Shown here: in pieces, positions 38,150 through 51,289 of the stretch
Position numbering within the stretch: position 1 is the stretch's first letter
Layout: the number at the start of each line of letters is the position of its first letter
Assembly: GCA_964234715.1 (NCBI GenBank)
Contig: OZ174277.1
DNA from: Podarcis melisellensis
Lineage: Eukaryota
DNA: 64,000 bases
Reading direction: 5' to 3' (one strand)
Notes under the pieces: generated by a model
The model's database searches: none
What the model saw: only the letters and a program-made list of their open reading frames with translations
What the model was told of the DNA's origin: nothing
Position numbers and translations under genes: made by a program

Positions 38150-38818
38150 AAAAGAAAAAAGGGATCCAGAGGGGATCCTGGAAATTACAGGCTGCTTAGC
38201 ACAGGAAAACTGGTGGAAAGTATAGGTAAGGTAAAAGTAAAGGACCCCTGGATGGTTAAGTCCAGTCAAAGGCGACTATGGGGTTGCGGTGCTCATCTCA
38301 CTTTCAGGCCAAGGGAGCTGGCGTTTGTCCACAGACAGCTTTCCGGGTCATGTGGCCAGCATGACTAAACCGCTTCTGACACAAAGGGACACCGTGACAG
38401 AAACCAGAGCGCATGGAAATGCCATTTACCTTCCTGCCGCAGTGGCCCCTATTTATCTACTTGCAGTGGCATGCTTTCAAACTGCTAGGTAGACAGGAGC
38501 TGGGACAGAGCAATGGGAGCTCACCCCATCGTGCGGATTCGAACCGCCAACCTTCCAATCGGCAAACCCAAGAGGCTCAGTGGTTTAGACCACAGTGCCA
38601 CCCGCGTCCCTAGTTTAATGTCCCTGCTTAGCTTAATGTCTGGCACAGGAAAACTGGTGGAAAGTATATTTAAACATAAACTAACCAATCCTATAGAACA
38701 GCAAGCTTGGCTGAAGCAGAGCTGAAGTAGGTTTCTGCAACAGCAAATTTTGTCTCACTAATCTATTAAGAGTTCTTTGAGAGTGTCAACAAAGCATATA
38801 GAAAGAGGTGATCCAGCT
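38150..38818 (+). mobile_element. CR1 LINE RT fragment interrupted by the Sauria SINE
   Basis: DPGNYR..SLMS..GKLVES..., then CLTNL../EFFESVNK across frameshifts. Confidence 0.8.
38225..38610 (-). mobile_element. Sauria-type SINE, full length
   Basis: Minus-strand head GGGACGCGGGTGGCACTGTGGTCTAAACC (A box), GGTTCGAATCC (B box), ACCTTT-like tail. Confidence 0.92.
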
Positions 38819-38819
38819 T

Positions 38820-39190
38820 GCTAGACAGAGCATCCAAGGTGGCTTACAATTTAGATTATACATTACAATGAGGTACTAAATAACAGACAGTTCAGAGAGA
38901 GAGCAGAACTAAAACATTTGAAGATGCAGTGTGCAAAGTTAAAACAATCCAAAAGCCTTAAAAAATAAAATGCACTGACCATTTATATAAAAAACAAATA
39001 GAAGGAAGCCAGTCATGGTTTCCCAAGGAAAAGCTTTTTACAATCTTAAAACCATTACAGAAAGGACCCTATATGTGTCCCAGGCAACAGTACCTCTGAA
39101 GGCAAAAAATCAAAGAGCAAGGCCTCTAATGGTCATAAGGGTGGTCAGATTCATGCGGCAGAAGACTGTCCTCAAATAGCCTGACCCCAA
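38820..39190 (-). mobile_element. Old L2 LINE 3' fragment
   Basis: CCAAGGTGGCTTACAAT tail region and CAAATAGCCTGACCCCAAAGCCC (GL.P.YL) region. Confidence 0.5.
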
Positions 39191-39217
39191 AGCCCAAAAG
39201 CAGCACACAACTCTTAC

Positions 39218-39373
39218 CTGTGCACCCAGATCATTGTATAGAAATTTCAATGCTGTCAGTTGTTCATCCATGCTCTTAGGGTTATCTGTTTGTTGTTTCT
39301 GTACAATTTGCCTTCCTGTTTTGATTACAGTTTCCACTTCAAGCTTTACTTCACTGAGAGTCTTGTAGAGTTT
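39218..39373 (-). CDS. UTRN: UTRN exon (156 nt, DMD exon 33 equivalent)
   Basis: tag|AAA CTC...GCA CAG|gtaaga; [33 protein letters not shown]...YNDLGAQ. Confidence 0.96.
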
Positions 39374-39939
39374 CTAGAGTCAGAATGAATTACACATTTG
39401 TTACTGTTTCATGTCTCAAGGTTTGTCTGTTTCTGTTTCCAAATACTGGTTAAACTTGTTCATGTCATATTACTTCTTGAAAGCAGGTCAAACATAACAA
39501 TGCATCAATTCAAACATCCTGGCCATAACAAATGTTTCATTCAAAGTTTTAAGAAATAGCTGTTTGGGGTTTTTTGCTTTAATGCTAAATATGACAAAGA
39601 TAAAATTATGTTATTTTCTCTGCATCAAATTTGTCTCTAAGTACCATTAAAGTGAAAAGTTAAGTAAGCTTCTCTTAGAACTATTTTGATAATATGAAAG
39701 TGTTACGTTCTTTTGATAATTCTATCTAGGTATAAGAACCAAATCTCTTAAAAATAATTGTTCCTTTTATCCAAGATTTCCACCAAATCTGTGGATATGC
39801 TTCTATAGAAGGATATCTTTGGTAGGAGTCTTCATTTCAGTTGAGACACAGAAGCAAAGTATCTTAAATCTTCATGACCTCATGGAAATAATATGGAGGG
39901 AGAGGAAAGTAGGAAAGTGCAGCCAAAATTCTACATTAC

Positions 39940-40113
39940 CATGCACTTATCGAAGTGAGACTGAATTACATCTGGGTCAATATCCTTCACATCCAAGACA
40001 TGGAGCTCAGCCTTTACACTATCCAGAACCCGTTTACAATCCAGCATACGTTGCTCAAAGTTCGCTGGTTTCTGGAAAAGCTGATACTTTGTGGATACCT
40101 CCCGCAGTTTCCT
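39940..40113 (-). CDS. UTRN: UTRN exon (174 nt, DMD exon 32 equivalent)
   Basis: cag|AGG AAA...TGC ATG|gtaatg; [31 protein letters not shown]...FDKCM. Confidence 0.96.
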
Positions 40114-40843
40114 CTGTTTATAAAAGAAGGCAACAATATCAAACTGTGACCAGAAAGAAAACACCTCCAAGAGGTTTCAACAACCCTCCTCCTCCATCTC
40201 ATTGCTTAGACCATGCAGCACGTCTCCCAGATACCTATCCTAGTCTTGTACAGTCTTGAGCCTAGCACAGGATCCTTGTCCTTATCTTCAAAGGACTCCA
40301 GATTCTCATGCCCTTATCACATCTCTCTGCTCTTAAACCTCAATACACCTCTACCTGTGACTGTCACTCCTCCAGCAAAACCCTCAGCTATCCAAGGTCT
40401 CCTGCTGCCTCAAATGATTTCATCCTTTCTCCCACTATGATGAGAAATACCTCTTACTTATGTCTAATATGACCCACAGGAAGCTGCATTATACTGAATT
40501 AGTTGTCTACAAAGACTTACTGTCAGTTCCCTGGTTCCCATGCTAGGAGTCTAACCTGGCAAGCCATGAGAAGTGGTCCATCAGTTCCACACCAGCCCGG
40601 GCTTATCACCAAATCTCAAAGGTATTGTGCTCAGTGTTCAGGATAAAAACCCTTTGTCTATTCTTTAGAAATTGTTCCCAGCTAATTAGGTTTTATGTAG
40701 ACTAATTGTGTAATTTACAATGTAATATGCTGTATGCAGGCTAGTCCTGTCCCAGGGACAGGCTTTAGTAATATGGCACTCTGAGCAAGGACAAAATTCG
40801 GCACACACTCCCAACTTTGACTAGGTACCCATATAAATATAGG

Positions 40844-40883
40844 TATGATGATGATGATGATGATGATGATGATGTTGATGATG
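40844..40883. repeat. (ATG)n microsatellite
   Basis: Directly visible, one interruption. Confidence 0.95.
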
Positions 40884-41481
40884 CACCCTCTTAGCTCTGT
40901 GCCCTGTGAAGAAGAACTGCCCACACCACCCTAAATCCAGCACTGCCAGTGCTTTATACTCAGAAGCTATATGTATTGCACACTGATTCCTGTTGTACAT
41001 GAATAAAGTGCATAGCCTTCACCCATAAGTGTGCTTACCACCCCCGAATCACACAGAAAGCTGCCTTTTGTCAGAACACATCCTGCATACGAATTCTGAA
41101 ATAATTCAGATCATGCTTTATTTCTACAACTAGCAGTGTCAACCTCCCGTTTTATTTTTGGAGCTGTTCCAATGACAACGAATTTAGAAATCAGATCAAC
41201 AGATAATTTAAACAAACTTCTAAGATGCCCTTCATCCACTGGATCTCAGGGTGATTTTCTAATGATTAATAGAACAATTAATATTGAAAAGCAGCATCCA
41301 GACAAATCAAAGACGCACAAGAAATTTATAAAGCAACAAAATTATTTATCTATCAAACTTCTGCAAATCAAATTCAAGTAGCAGGACTCATGTTTATCAT
41401 CCACAGGTGCCCTCTTCATTTTTTACTTATACGGTCAGTTACACTCAGTCCTGGTCACTGGCAAATGCTTGTGATATTTAC

Positions 41482-41610
41482 CTGCAAGGCATCCAATTGA
41501 GACCCACTACGAGGAGATCTGCATTCTGGGGAGGCTGGCATCAACGGCCGCACGTTCTTTTTTAGCTCTTCCAAGGTGGATTCATGAGCAGCAATTTCAG
41601 TTTGGATTTT
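41482..41610 (-). CDS. UTRN: UTRN exon (129 nt, DMD exon 31 equivalent)
   Basis: cag|AAA ATC...TTG CAG|gtaaat; KIQTEIAAHESTLEELKKNVRPLMPASPECRSPRSGSQLDALQ. Confidence 0.94.
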
Positions 41611-41909
41611 CTGCCAAGTCGTTATTGGAAAGGCAAAAAACAGTACATGGCAGATATCAGCCTTACTAGCAATAAATCACACCACAGAAGTCTATTATGA
41701 GTGCTACAGTGTCAACATCAGTCATGCTGGCTTTGATGATAGGCTCCTTCTTTCAAAGTCATTAGCCCTATTACAGCAGGTACTCCAATGTGTCCGCCTA
41801 CACACACATACACAGCTAAATTATACGGCACAGATTCCTTTCAAGAAGCAATCTATCATCAACTTACACCCAAAAATCCTGCGTGGCAACAAAAGTCTAC
41901 TGAAAATAC

Positions 41910-42071
41910 CTGTGCCTCCTGTGGCATTTGGAAGGCATCTATTCTGTCGGTCAAGTATGAAGTTAGCTGCCTATCCAGATCCTTCAAGCTCTCTTGTAGC
42001 ACTTGCAACATGTGCTCGGTTTCCCGCATTGTCTGAAGCTGCTGTTCCAAGCAAATCTGTCTGCTCACTGC
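41910..42071 (-). CDS. UTRN: UTRN exon (162 nt, DMD exon 30 equivalent)
   Basis: cag|GCA GTG...GCA CAG|gtattt; [13 protein letters not shown]...[16 protein letters not shown]. Confidence 0.95.
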
Positions 42072-42680
42072 CTGAATTTTGAAGCAAAAGAGTAAGTTGC
42101 ACAGCATGATTACTTTTGAATTTGAACACAGAAAAATATGAATATGAAATAAAATGAGAACTGCAATTTCCTTTCTTGCTGACAAGGGCTGCAATTTAAG
42201 CACTGAATTTTTCAAGATTATGAACCACTCCTAACAGAAGAGCACTTAATTCAGAGATCCTTAACATGGGAAGCCCAAACAAAGATGTACATGATTATGT
42301 TCCCCCATCAGCATCATTCATCTCAACATACGCAAGAATGGCGTGGTTGGAGGCACAGCTTGAACTCTCTAGGGATTTCTATCAATCATTTCCTACTATA
42401 ACATGTTTATAAAGGCTGCCAACATGGATGGCTTTTCCCCAGAGAAAACCCACCGCATACAGCTGAACCGGAACAAATGGCAAATGGGTTTTCCGTGGAT
42501 TGACGTTTGCTCCAAGTCAGCAGTAAAGAGCGGATTTTCCAAAGGAAAGTGGTAGGACAAATAGAAAATCGCTTGGACCTGTGCCTAGTGTCTAAGCAAA
42601 GTGTGGACAAGCCCAAATCCATTAAGGTAAAGGTGATCAATGGATACTGATGATGATAGATGTGTGTACCACCTCCGGTA

Positions 42681-42910
42681 CAGTGGTACCTTGGTTTACG
42701 AACTTAATCCATTCCGGAAGTTCGTTCTTAAACCAAAACTGTTCTTAAACCGAGGTGCACTTTCCCTAATAAGGCCTCCCGCCGCCGGTGCCCTTCCACC
42801 ATTTGGCTTCCATTCTTAGACCGAGGTAAAGTTCACAAACCGAGACACTACTTCTGGTTTTGCAGAGTTCATAAAGCGATCAGGGCTGTTCTTAAAGCGA
42901 TGTACCATTG
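42681..42910. mobile_element. Tigger-like MITE (230 bp)
   Basis: TA|CAGTGGTACCTTGGTTTACGAAC...GTTCTTAAAGCGATGTACCATTG|TA. Confidence 0.82.
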
Positions 42911-43790
42911 TATAATTGGTGTGCCTTTAAATGCCAGTTGCCACAAAACACAAGAGAAGAGACTACTATTACACTAATGTTCTGCTTGTGGGCTATCCAT
43001 AGGCATCTGGTTGGCCTGAGGAAACAGGATGCTAGACTAGAGGAGTGCTTGATTTGATCCAGCAGGGATTTTCTTATGTTCTTTTCATTGTTGTTCTTAG
43101 AACATTACTGCTGAAATTCATTTTATTCAGCGCTCTTTCTCTCTCTCTCTCTCCTTAGGCAAGATCCCTTGGGTCTTAAACATTCCTAATGCTTTCAACA
43201 ATCACACACTTCAAAGGTCAGGGAGCAGGTCGCACTCAAAAACAGAGGTTAAGTAGTTCTTTTAAAACCACTTGGCCGTATCAGTCATCAGAACAGATGT
43301 GAGTGAATAGAGTAAGGCAATATGCAATGGAAATGTGATCAGAACTGAAAGCAGCTGCAAAGGGAGTCCCTTGCTCAAAAGAATAGCTGTGGCTCCACCA
43401 AGATAGTACAAATTCACTGTAAGGCAGTATAACTAATAGTTGAGGCAAGTGTTCCTATGAGTAGAACACCATTTGCTGGGCACACCAACTAGAAGAAGGG
43501 CAAGGTCATTTTTGCAGAAACCCGGATCCTCTGAAAAGCTGGGGGGGGGGGTTGAATGGGGACTGAAGGTGGAAGAGGGAAGTGGCAGATTCACCCCCTC
43601 TTCCTCCAGTGAGACTCTTCAGTGGATCTCAGTGTATTCCATGAGCAGAGGGAGTCCCACCCTCAAAAAGTAGAAGGGACCTTTTGGATCCAACCCTGTG
43701 TTACACATTGCTGGCAGCATCCTGCTAATCTCTAAAATGAATCTGAGTCACCAATCCAGATCTTAATCTGTTTTGTGATTTTCAGAATTA

Positions 43791-43949
43791 CCATATTTTT
43801 TGCACCATAACACTCACTTTTTTCCTCCTAGAAAGTAAGGGGAAATGTCTGTCCATGTTATGGAGGGAATGCCTATGGGTGGCATGCCTACGGATTTTCC
43901 TCCTCTAAAAACTATGGTCGGGTGTGTGTTATAGAGCGAAAAATATGGG
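43791..43949. mobile_element. Same Tc2/pogo-like MITE family, ~159 bp
   Basis: TA|CCATATTTTTTGCACCATAAC...GTTATAGAGCGAAAAATATGGG|TA. Confidence 0.82.
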
Positions 43950-44485
43950 TAATCTAGTTAGCCGTTAATATACTTCAACTAATATTCTGCTTACAGAAAG
44001 ATTTTCTTCCATTTGCACTAAAGCTTATGGGAACATTCTCACAGTCTTTTTATTCCTTGCTTTGCATCTTACTTATGATGGGAAAAACATTAGTTTACAT
44101 ATTGCCTCTTACTGACTTTTAGAAGCATGGAAGGAGTCCATTTATGTATCGACAACCCTATCATCTTTTGTTCTGCCCTGCACAGTGGATTGTGACCCAC
44201 CAAGCTAAATGCAGCCAACCAGTCTGAATGTTGGCTAATCAGGGGCTTAGCAAGGCTTCAATTTTTGCTGTGTGTCTGACAGCTGCCAAACACCTGGAAG
44301 GCCACAATGGATGATTTGTGCATTATTTGGCTTGGTGGGTAGCAAGTTGTACAGGTCTGATCTTGATACTGGGTGCCAAAGATTGCTGTCAGCTTGCGAT
44401 GGCTATTTAAAGCTTTGTTACATACTAAGCATAGAGGCACTAGTGAAAACAAATTATCCATCTTACTAAAAATACAAATTCTTAC

Positions 44486-44635
44486 CACATGACTTAATTC
44501 TTCATAGCGGGCATTGAAAGCTTCCAATTTTTCACTGATGATTTCATCAAGGATCCCTCCATCAATCAACGTTTGGCCAAGTTCCCGAATTTGAGTCCGG
44601 TTATCAGTTGGATGGCGTAGGACAGATTCCAATGA
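44486..44635 (-). CDS. UTRN: UTRN exon (150 nt, DMD exon 29 equivalent)
   Basis: tag|TCA TTG...CAT GTG|gtaaga; [50 protein letters not shown]. Confidence 0.96.
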
Positions 44636-45039
44636 CTAACAAGAATTGTGTTGTTAGTTTAAAAAAACAACAACAATGCATCACAACAATGCAACAAAAA
44701 CTAATATAGGTAACTCAAATCTTACATTTATTTTACTTGCATGATCACAGCTTTGGGTGGGGAATAAACAAATGGAGAGCAGAGGAAACCCGCTCTCAAT
44801 TTATTTCCCAGCCCCAACCCATGCACAGCTGCAGTCGCAGACTTACCTGACTTTGGGAAGGTAGTGCACTACCTTGTGCCTCCTCGCCAAAACCCAGCAC
44901 CTTGCTTACCAGCTTTGGGAAGGTGGTGGAAGGGCTCTGAGAGCCTGACAAAGCCCTTGCGCCTCCTTCCCAAAGCCAGGCAAGCATTTACATGTTTATG
45001 TGTGGACCCCCAGAACCAAATCCTCACATAAAATGTGCG

Positions 45040-45345
45040 TTACCTGTATCTGAAAGCATGTGGAAACAATTATTTTAACCTGCCTCCCGAACACCAAACA
45101 CATCTCATGGAAGTGCACTGAGTAGCTCCAGGACAACAACCAACAAGGTTCTGCTTCTGTCAATCTGACCTGCAGCAATGATGGGACCTGAAGCAGATCC
45201 TCCTCAGCTGATCTCAAGCTATGGGGAGTTTCGCCCTGAAATATCCAGGACCCAATGCATTTAAGACAAAGTGAGAACTCATAATTTTGCCCAGAAACAC
45301 ACCTGTAACCCGTTATGTTGTCTGAGCACCAGTGTTTGAACATCA
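45040..45345 (-). mobile_element. Old L2 LINE 3' fragment
   Basis: LRSAEEDLLQVPSL-like segment matching the young L2 at 35.2-35.6 kb. Confidence 0.6.
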
Positions 45346-46269
45346 TGCTGATGCGCACCTGACAGCACTTGTTAACCTGTACCTTGCTAGGCCTGCAGAA
45401 CCAGCAACTTTAGCAAACACACAAAAGAGCAGCCATGATGGATGAAAATGTAGACGCCTGTCATTTCTGTACAAGCAGCACTGAATGTTTTGCTAGATTT
45501 TGCTAACTGCTGTGTGAGACTGGCATCCTGGATGTTGCTAAGATTAAAAGGAAACATCACACTGTCAACATAATGTTACCTGCATGAAGAATACAATATC
45601 CATGGAGTCAAAACAAAGGTGAAAGCCAGTGCTGAAGTGCGTCAAAGGTGACTTAAGTGAAGAACTGCTGAAGAAGCAGGGGTCCCAAATGCACAATTCC
45701 CCTTCCCAGATAGATTATAGTCTTTGTCCTTCACTCATGTGGTTAAATTAATTGAAAAGATGGAAAACTCCCATCCTCTTGGCCCAGTTTCCAATCAACA
45801 TAAAAAGTGTACGGAGAATCATTTTTGCTCCTTTTCACTGCTAGCTGCTACCTGCTGTCTAACTCTGCTTCACATGCTTTCACACAGCTGAAGCTCAAAA
45901 GATCCTGCTGTATCATTCTGGATTTGTAACAATGAACTTTAGTCCAACCTGCTAGTATGCTTGGGAACTTAGAAAATCTGTTTCAAAATTAGAGGAAGTT
46001 AGGAGGAGTCCATATTAATTATTTGATTACTTTGCCAGTGCAATCACCAAGACTTGCATATACATTTTATATCACATTACTTTAAGTTGCTTTATTTTCA
46101 CAAACTTCATAATTATTTAAGTTACTTGGTGATCTTAAAATTGTATAACAACATTAAGCTTTGTACACAAATAAGCCGATTGATTTGTTTCACTTGCAAT
46201 CTTGAGCTTTTATCACTGATCATGCTTTAATCTTTGTCTCACTGGGTTGCTGCTGACCAAGCCCTGATT

Positions 46270-46490
46270 GAGGGAATGCAATGAGCACTGGTGTATTGGA
46301 CTGGCATACACTAGTGTTGATTGGATCCCCAAATTTGGCCAGTTGTATTTTCCACACCATCTTTATGGACAGCCACTCATAAAGCACTTTGCAACTGTCT
46401 AATCTAGGTGTCACTGTGGCATGGATTATAGAGTTCAGGTCACTGTCCTCCAACTGGAAAAAGGTACACCAGTTAATTAAGGCAATTACA
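46270..46490 (-). mobile_element. Old L2 LINE fragment
   Basis: DLNSIIHATVTPRLDSCKVLY...KIQL. Confidence 0.7.
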
Positions 46491-46736
46491 GTACTGAGAT
46501 TTAAAGCACTTTTGGAAGAATTAACCCCAAAGGACATCTGTATCAACAAATAAAACCAAATATACAATAGCTTAACTATTATAAAGATTAGGTGGAACTG
46601 TTTATTCATTACCAATGCAACGATCATTTGCTGTAATGTAGCAGAAAAATATTGTTCTAATAAATAAATTAAAAGTCCACATGCATTTTCTGCCTTTTCC
46701 TTGGGCATACATGAATTGATGGAATGCCTACCATAC

Positions 46737-46871
46737 CTCAAGGGCTTCATTGACAGCATCTACTTTATCTGGCAAGTTTTCAGTGCTTTTCATCCTTTCC
46801 TCCAAAGTGTTCAGCCAGGCTGTTTCTAGATCCAGATAGTGGAGCAGCTCAATCCAGCAAGACCAGACTTC
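46737..46871 (-). CDS. UTRN: UTRN exon (135 nt, DMD exon 28 equivalent)
   Basis: cag|GAA GTC...CTT GAG|gtatgg; [31 protein letters not shown]...VNEALE. Confidence 0.96.
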
Positions 46872-47489
46872 CTGAAGGTGATGGGATTTCATTAAAAAAA
46901 CACAACTAAATTACATTTCAGAGACAAATCCCTATTCAATCTAGAGAGGCACCCATTTCTCAAGTTTCGATTGGCACTCTAAATAGAGTTAGTTGTCAAC
47001 CAGCAAGACCTTCATTAACCTCTGCATACACTCCACAATTTTTTTAGCAACAAGGCCTGGCAAACCACTCTGCAGTATAGCATGTCCTATCCTGGCCCAA
47101 GTTTTACCACCTATCCCATCTTTTGCTACACCTAAATGCATACCGTTCCACTGGAAAGTGGGAGAGCTATGAGATAAACCAAGGGCTCTTGCTCTGTACC
47201 ACTACCCACATCAATACAGTATAATCTCTCTAAATAAAATTTTGGCATGCTCTGTCAGCTTAGCAAATGAAGATACAAAGGAATATTCTGCCCATGTACA
47301 GTACACAGTCGCTTTGGAGATAGCCATGATTAAACAAACAAATCTCTAAGCATGGTTTTCCAATTTCATCCACACCAGGAAACCACGAATGTTCATTTTT
47401 GAATACAGTATGATCTTAAATCATTCACTTGTTAAGGTGAGGTATGATTTTCCAAAGCAAGCCAGTGTCTCCCTTTGGGACAACTAGAG

Positions 47490-47625
47490 CAGGCTTCCTC
47501 AAACTCAGCCCTCCAGATGTTTTTGGCCTACAACTCCCATGATCCCTAGCTAGCATAACCAGTGGTCAGGGATGATGGGGACTGTAGTATCAAAACATCT
47601 GGTGGGCTGAGGTTGAGGAAGCCTG
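47490..47625. mobile_element. hAT-type palindromic MITE (136 bp), same family
   Basis: CAGGCTTCCTCAAACTCAGCCC...GGGCTGAGGTTGAGGAAGCCTG; TSD AACTAGAG / AACTAAAG. Confidence 0.9.
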
Positions 47626-47851
47626 AACTAAAGCATGTGTTGAGAAGTATTATCTGAAATGCTTTGCAGATGTACACATGGTCACATCTGACCTCAAGTA
47701 TCATTTAATATAGAAATTATGGTCACATTAAATAAAAGTTTTCAAGTTTTCTAGTTCTTCAGCTTTTCAATGATGTACTAGCATTTCCTATTGCCCAATA
47801 TATCACAGACATATGAAACATTTCTGCTGAGGTTAGATTATTCGGCAATAC

Positions 47852-48031
47852 CTCCAAAGTGTGGCATTTCCCCCGGATTCTGTTGCAGAGTAGCTGGTAA
47901 TTCTCCAATACAAGGTTAAGCTCAGTTGTTAAGTCCTGACCACCAGATGGCAGTTTAGCAGCTAACATCTTAATGTTGTCTTTCAGAATTTTCACCCGCA
48001 CTTCTTTCTGTAGCACATCCTCTTTTGCTCT
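47852..48031 (-). CDS. UTRN: UTRN exon (180 nt, DMD exon 27 equivalent)
   Basis: cag|AGA GCA...TTG GAG|gtattg; [21 protein letters not shown]...[13 protein letters not shown]. Confidence 0.96.
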
Positions 48032-49257
48032 CTGCCCAAAGAAAGTGATTGCTGATCAAATGGTTACTGACAAAGACAATTACAAAGTCTTAGTCTTTAG
48101 TATACAAATGGAAGTTTCTAGTCATTCAATTTTTTTCAATATTTCATTATAGAAGCTGGCAGGAACAGAACCACTGTGCTCCATGAAGTTTCACTTGACG
48201 CTCTGTTGTACTATTTATCACATCATGCTGTCATGCTCATCATGCTGTCAAATGACATGATTTCTAACACAACAAAGACTCTTGTAGCACCTGAAATAAT
48301 TTATTATTGCATGAGATTTCATAATGTGCAGACATTTCTTTGAACGTGATCTATCTTTCATAGCCAGACTATTGCCATTTCAACTCATTAATATTTTTAC
48401 CAAAACAGTGTTACAGAAATTGCAAAAACAACACTATAGAAAAATCCTTTACATTCATAACATTTTAAAGCAATTCAATAAAACATTTCCCAGGTGAGTA
48501 GCCACATAAGTCCTCCCATCTCATGTCTTATTTCCAATTCTGTCACAGAGCTGAAATACCAACATGACACTGCAATTAAAAATATCTGACAAAAAACTAG
48601 ATCATGACACAAGTTTGGATGAAAGTGGTGGTGGCAGAAAAAGGGAAATGCACCTACGTACAGTGAATCCTATGCCTCCTCTCAGTTTCAGAGTGCAAAG
48701 TTCCCTCATCAAATATGCTAACTCTGTATTCAGTTCTGCACTCTGAAAACGTATAGCTTCAACCCCTTCTGTCCCTCATCCCACTACATAGCAAGATCTA
48801 CAACTTCTGCTTCTGCCAGCCCCTGAAACTCCAGCAATAGTCCAAGACCATTAGGCCAAGACAAGCAAATAGTGCCAGACCAAGTAAGATCCACTTCTCA
48901 CAATTACATAGGATCTCCTCCACCACTACTGATTAGTTCCAGTATTTCATAATTCATATCCCGTTCTCCCTTCCAAAAAAGGTTTAGACACAGACGTTCA
49001 CAGTTCACTTTTTCATTTTGTTTCATTTTCACAAAGCCTTATAAAAGAACATTTCCTGAAACCTAAGCTACTTTCCAACATCACACCACACCCATTTCTA
49101 TTATTCACTCGGGGTTTTCTACAGCTAACATTTTTTTAAAAGTAAATTCAAAAACTCATAAAAGCAATTCAAAAAAGCAATTTCTTGTTTAATAATGGAT
49201 AATTTGCACATAAACTTAGAGACCCACATAACCTTTCGCACAATCACGTTTTCTCAC

Positions 49258-49428
49258 CTTCATTTCATCCACAGCATTTTCCAGCTCATCTGGACTCTTG
49301 TATTCAAAATCTCTCTCCAAATATTCTTCTTCGGCCTGAGTCATCCATTCTTGCATCTCTGTCAAATCCTTTTTGAGGTTTACAGCTTTTTCTTGACTTT
49401 CGGATAATTGATTTTTCTGACTAATGAT
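49258..49428 (-). CDS. UTRN: UTRN exon (171 nt, DMD exon 26 equivalent)
   Basis: tag|ATC ATT...ATG AAG|gtgaga; [15 protein letters not shown]...[26 protein letters not shown]. Confidence 0.96.
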
Positions 49429-51142
49429 CTAGCAGTTCAACCAAAAACACACAGAGAGGCAAAAGCTATCTGCATCATTTGAAGAGAGTCTCAGCACTGA
49501 TTCAATGTAAAGTATAAATATCAGAGGATTGAAAGTTTCAGCAGCTCACTTCTAAAGTAATTATTGCATTATAAAATATCTGGCAAATACTGTTGCTATG
49601 GTTACAAAAAAAATCTTTCATCACAGCTTACTAGAACTGACAGATGTAATAGAATACTATTCTGCTTATTTTTAGCTATAGAATGTTTGCTATAGTTTTA
49701 AGTTCTATAATAACAAATCCATGGTTGAACATCCCTAGGATATGGATCATTCAAACAGGATGTTTATTGGAGTGAATCAACACCACAATTTACTGTTACA
49801 TGTGCTTAGGTTTCTGTTACTTTAGGCAAACACACACATTATACACATATTAAATGGACAGGAGGTTCCAATGCAAATCTTATCCAGAATAAATATGTGC
49901 CCACTGGTACTGCCTAGACTGAAGGATGCCAAGCACTAGTTGAAATGTCTGGCCTTTTAAGGGATGGCTTCCTAAAATATAATAAAAAGAGGAGTAAAAA
50001 ATACCTATCTGAGTAAATTAAACTTCAGATTCCACAGACACAATTTAAATTGGGGCAGTATTGTCTAACGGAGCAAGAAATAAAATGAGCATTCAACCAG
50101 CACAAGCAGCAGACCTGATCTGTCATTTTTTTGCTAGTCACAAACTCATTTTTTTATTTTATTTTTTTTGGTCTGGCAGAAAACATGAGCAGGCAAGACC
50201 TAAAAGGTCTCAGTGGCTGGAAAAGACGACACTGATTTATTTGATAGCAAAAAAAGGCAGTCTAGCTGAAACATTATGCTGTACAAAGTTACAAACAAGA
50301 TGATTTACTTCAGTGTTTATTGATCCCATGGACCTCAAGCATTTGTCCAGCAGCAAAGCCAAGAAGAGAAAGGACATAAAATAGTTCTGTTATAAAAATG
50401 AACCTCACCCTCTCCTCTAAGGAAGTTTACTGTGAAGGAAGTCTTGGGCCTGTGGCCACACTGTGGCCACGAATACCCCACCCAGAGAGGCCTTGCCAAG
50501 CCATTGCATTACTATTTGTCAAAAGATGACTTGCCTATGGTGCCTTTGGAAATGGTCGGTGGTGTTTAGCATTCTGTTACATAATATAATGTATACAGTG
50601 CTGAATACATACATGATAAGCAACCATTACAATAATCCTGGAAGATAAATCACTATTCTTATCCCACATGGTGGTGTTGAGGCCAAGGGACAGAATGACT
50701 CGCTAGGTCTACCTAAAGTTCATATCTAAGATGAGATTTGAACAGGGTGTCATTCCAGATCACAGCTTGCACTCTAACCTTCCTATGCTAAACCAGTAGT
50801 AGACAGCAGTCTCATGGTTTCACTGCCAAACAGTTAACAGAGTTTCAATGTTTTAGGGTGGACTGTTGCCTGTTAATGTTTATTAACTTATCTAAGTACA
50901 CTTACACCCTGCATCTCTTCCATAATGGAGCTCAAGGCAGTGCTGGTGAGATTCTCAGATGATCTCTCATCCAGGCACTGATCAGACCCAGACATTGTGT
51001 TTTAATATACATGTTAAATATATTATTTATATGGCTACCAAGTCTGTTATTTCAATGTATACAAGAAAGCTAATACAGTACTATGAATACAGAGTGACGA
51101 ACAAGACAATGCAAATAAAGAGTAATGCTGTCAGTGACTAAC

Positions 51143-51289
51143 CTGCTTGCTGAGTCTCTCCCATTGTGACTGGACATCTGTCAGCTTAGATTTCACCCAG
51201 GCATTAACTGGCTGGCCTCTTAAAGCAGAGTCTATTTCTTTCATCTCCTTTAAGGACAACTCAGTCTTCTCCATTTCAGTAACAAACAG
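51143..51289 (-). CDS. UTRN: UTRN exon (147 nt, DMD exon 25 equivalent)
   Basis: cag|CTG TTT...AAG CAG|gttagt; LFVTEMEKTELSLKEMKEIDSALRGQPVNAWVKSKLTDVQSQWERLSKQ. Confidence 0.93.

Noticed and set aside
38530-38610. tRNA gene
   Set aside because: The A and B boxes belong to the SINE head; no full cloverleaf or T-run terminator
49592-49605. Isolated intronic X-box GTTGCTATGGTTAC
   Set aside because: Single motif with no supporting context; could be chance
50890-51000. 5S rRNA-like sequence (similar piece at ~15700-15810)
   Set aside because: Short and decayed; at most a 5S-derived SINE remnant, too weak to call
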